64,000 nt of DNA, taken from NCBI GenBank assembly GCA_021613535.1, contig CP075493.1, positions 16,616,001 to 16,680,000 of the forward strand. Direction: 5' to 3'. Source of the stretch: Adineta vaga. Its lineage: Eukaryota > Animalia > Rotifera. A model generated the notes under the pieces. That model was given only the letters and a program-made list of their open reading frames with translations, was not told the origin of the DNA and did not search any database. Each line of letters opens with the position of its first letter. Position 1 is the stretch's first letter. This document shows positions 62,938 through 64,000 of the stretch, in pieces. A program made the position numbers and the translations under genes.

Positions 62938-64000
62938 GTATAGAGAACAAATAACAGAATGTTGTTCGCGTAGTGTAAAAACAGGTTATTTTTTCTACTC
63001 CTGATGTTGACGATGTTGTTGCTTGAAGTTTTTCATCTTTCTCTCTTTCTGCGCCGAAAGCGTTGTTATGAAAGAAAACAAACCGAAGATCGAGAAAAAT
63101 CTATTGTCAATGATTCAAATGAAAATAACATTGGTCGAGGGCAACTCGCTTAACACTCGACTGATTCTTTTATCGGTCCAGTGAAATACTGAGCAATCAC
63201 AGATTCCAAAGAAAATCAATTGGGTGTGGTGGGTGTGGGTGTGAGCAATATCCGCCATGACCGGTTTCGACTGAATTTCACAGTCTCATCAGATGGCTTA
63301 TTGATTCAAATATAATCAAATGCAATTGACGTCTAGTTTAATCCTGAAATCAAAGTAAATATTAGGATAATTTTATAATTGATGCATTTAAAGTGTGTTA
63401 TCTGAATTGAGAAAGCAGAACATAGACTATATTGATTTTCAAGAATGGATGACTTAAATGATAGATGTATATGAAACAAAGATAGAATTAGATTGTATTG
63501 ATTGGAAGGGAGAACTAACATATGAAGAAATAGTTGAATTGAAAGAATGTCTATAGTCTGGTTGATAATTTAGCTGCTGTCTTGTTATTTTCGTCATTCA
63601 TATATATCACTCTATATTGGATTTTTGGATGTTTGTATATCCAGTAGCAAGCAACTATACTATCCCGGGCCAAAATAAAGTTAAGTGTTGCACTTTTCGT
63701 TTTCAAAATGAACGAAACTGAAAAGCGCCATAAAGTGAATAGGAAAGAGCAGGCCTCTCAGTATTCTTAAGACTTCTTCTATATTATTCGTGTGACTAAA
63801 GCTATTTACTATCAGAAAAGATAGCGCTTGAAATTCTCTACAAAACCATATATGACTTGGTCTAAAAACTATTTTATATACATTTGAAAAAAAATGAAAA
63901 TTAAAGACATACAAAAGACTGTAAATAGATGTAATGAATCATCACGCAGTGCATCAAATTTTTTATCACTAACTTCACCCTATTATGGAAATAAAATACA

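Noticed and set aside
1-64000. Prokaryotic origin or contamination of the window
   Set aside because: Spliceosomal introns, GPCR/TRPM/MAM genes and eukaryotic transposons are interleaved with the bacterial-like genes.

Overview
AT-rich eukaryotic DNA with short (about 45-90 nt) GT-AG introns. The gene repertoire (NHL-repeat proteins, divergent GPCRs, ART-TPR proteins, ARM-TIR, TRPM, bacterial-type genes) and the (TGTGGG/TGAGGG)n telomere-type repeats point to a bdelloid rotifer; this is inferred, not shown. The region is rich in transposons and pseudogenes: two piggyBac copies, an apparently intact hAT, a CACTA/EnSpm-like element with a BEN-like gene, Helitron/Helentron-like pieces, several MITEs and a 1.65-kb foldback. 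Four things stand out. (1) A SLOG-containing TRPM channel lacking NUDT9H lies head-to-head, about 380 bp apart, with an ARM-TIR protein that keeps its NADase glutamate and ends in a CaaX box. This is a Thoeris-like signal/receptor layout in an animal. (2) A stand-alone Ntox21 (CdiA-CT/colicin E3-like rRNase) toxin gene with no immunity gene. (3) A family of more than 10 tiny hairpin elements built from telomere repeats, ATCTTGAGGG(TGTGGG)n-core-(CCCACA)nCCCTCAAGAT, several of them at gene breakpoints. (4) Three ADP-ribosyltransferase-TPR genes. All family calls come from reading motifs by eye; no searches were run.
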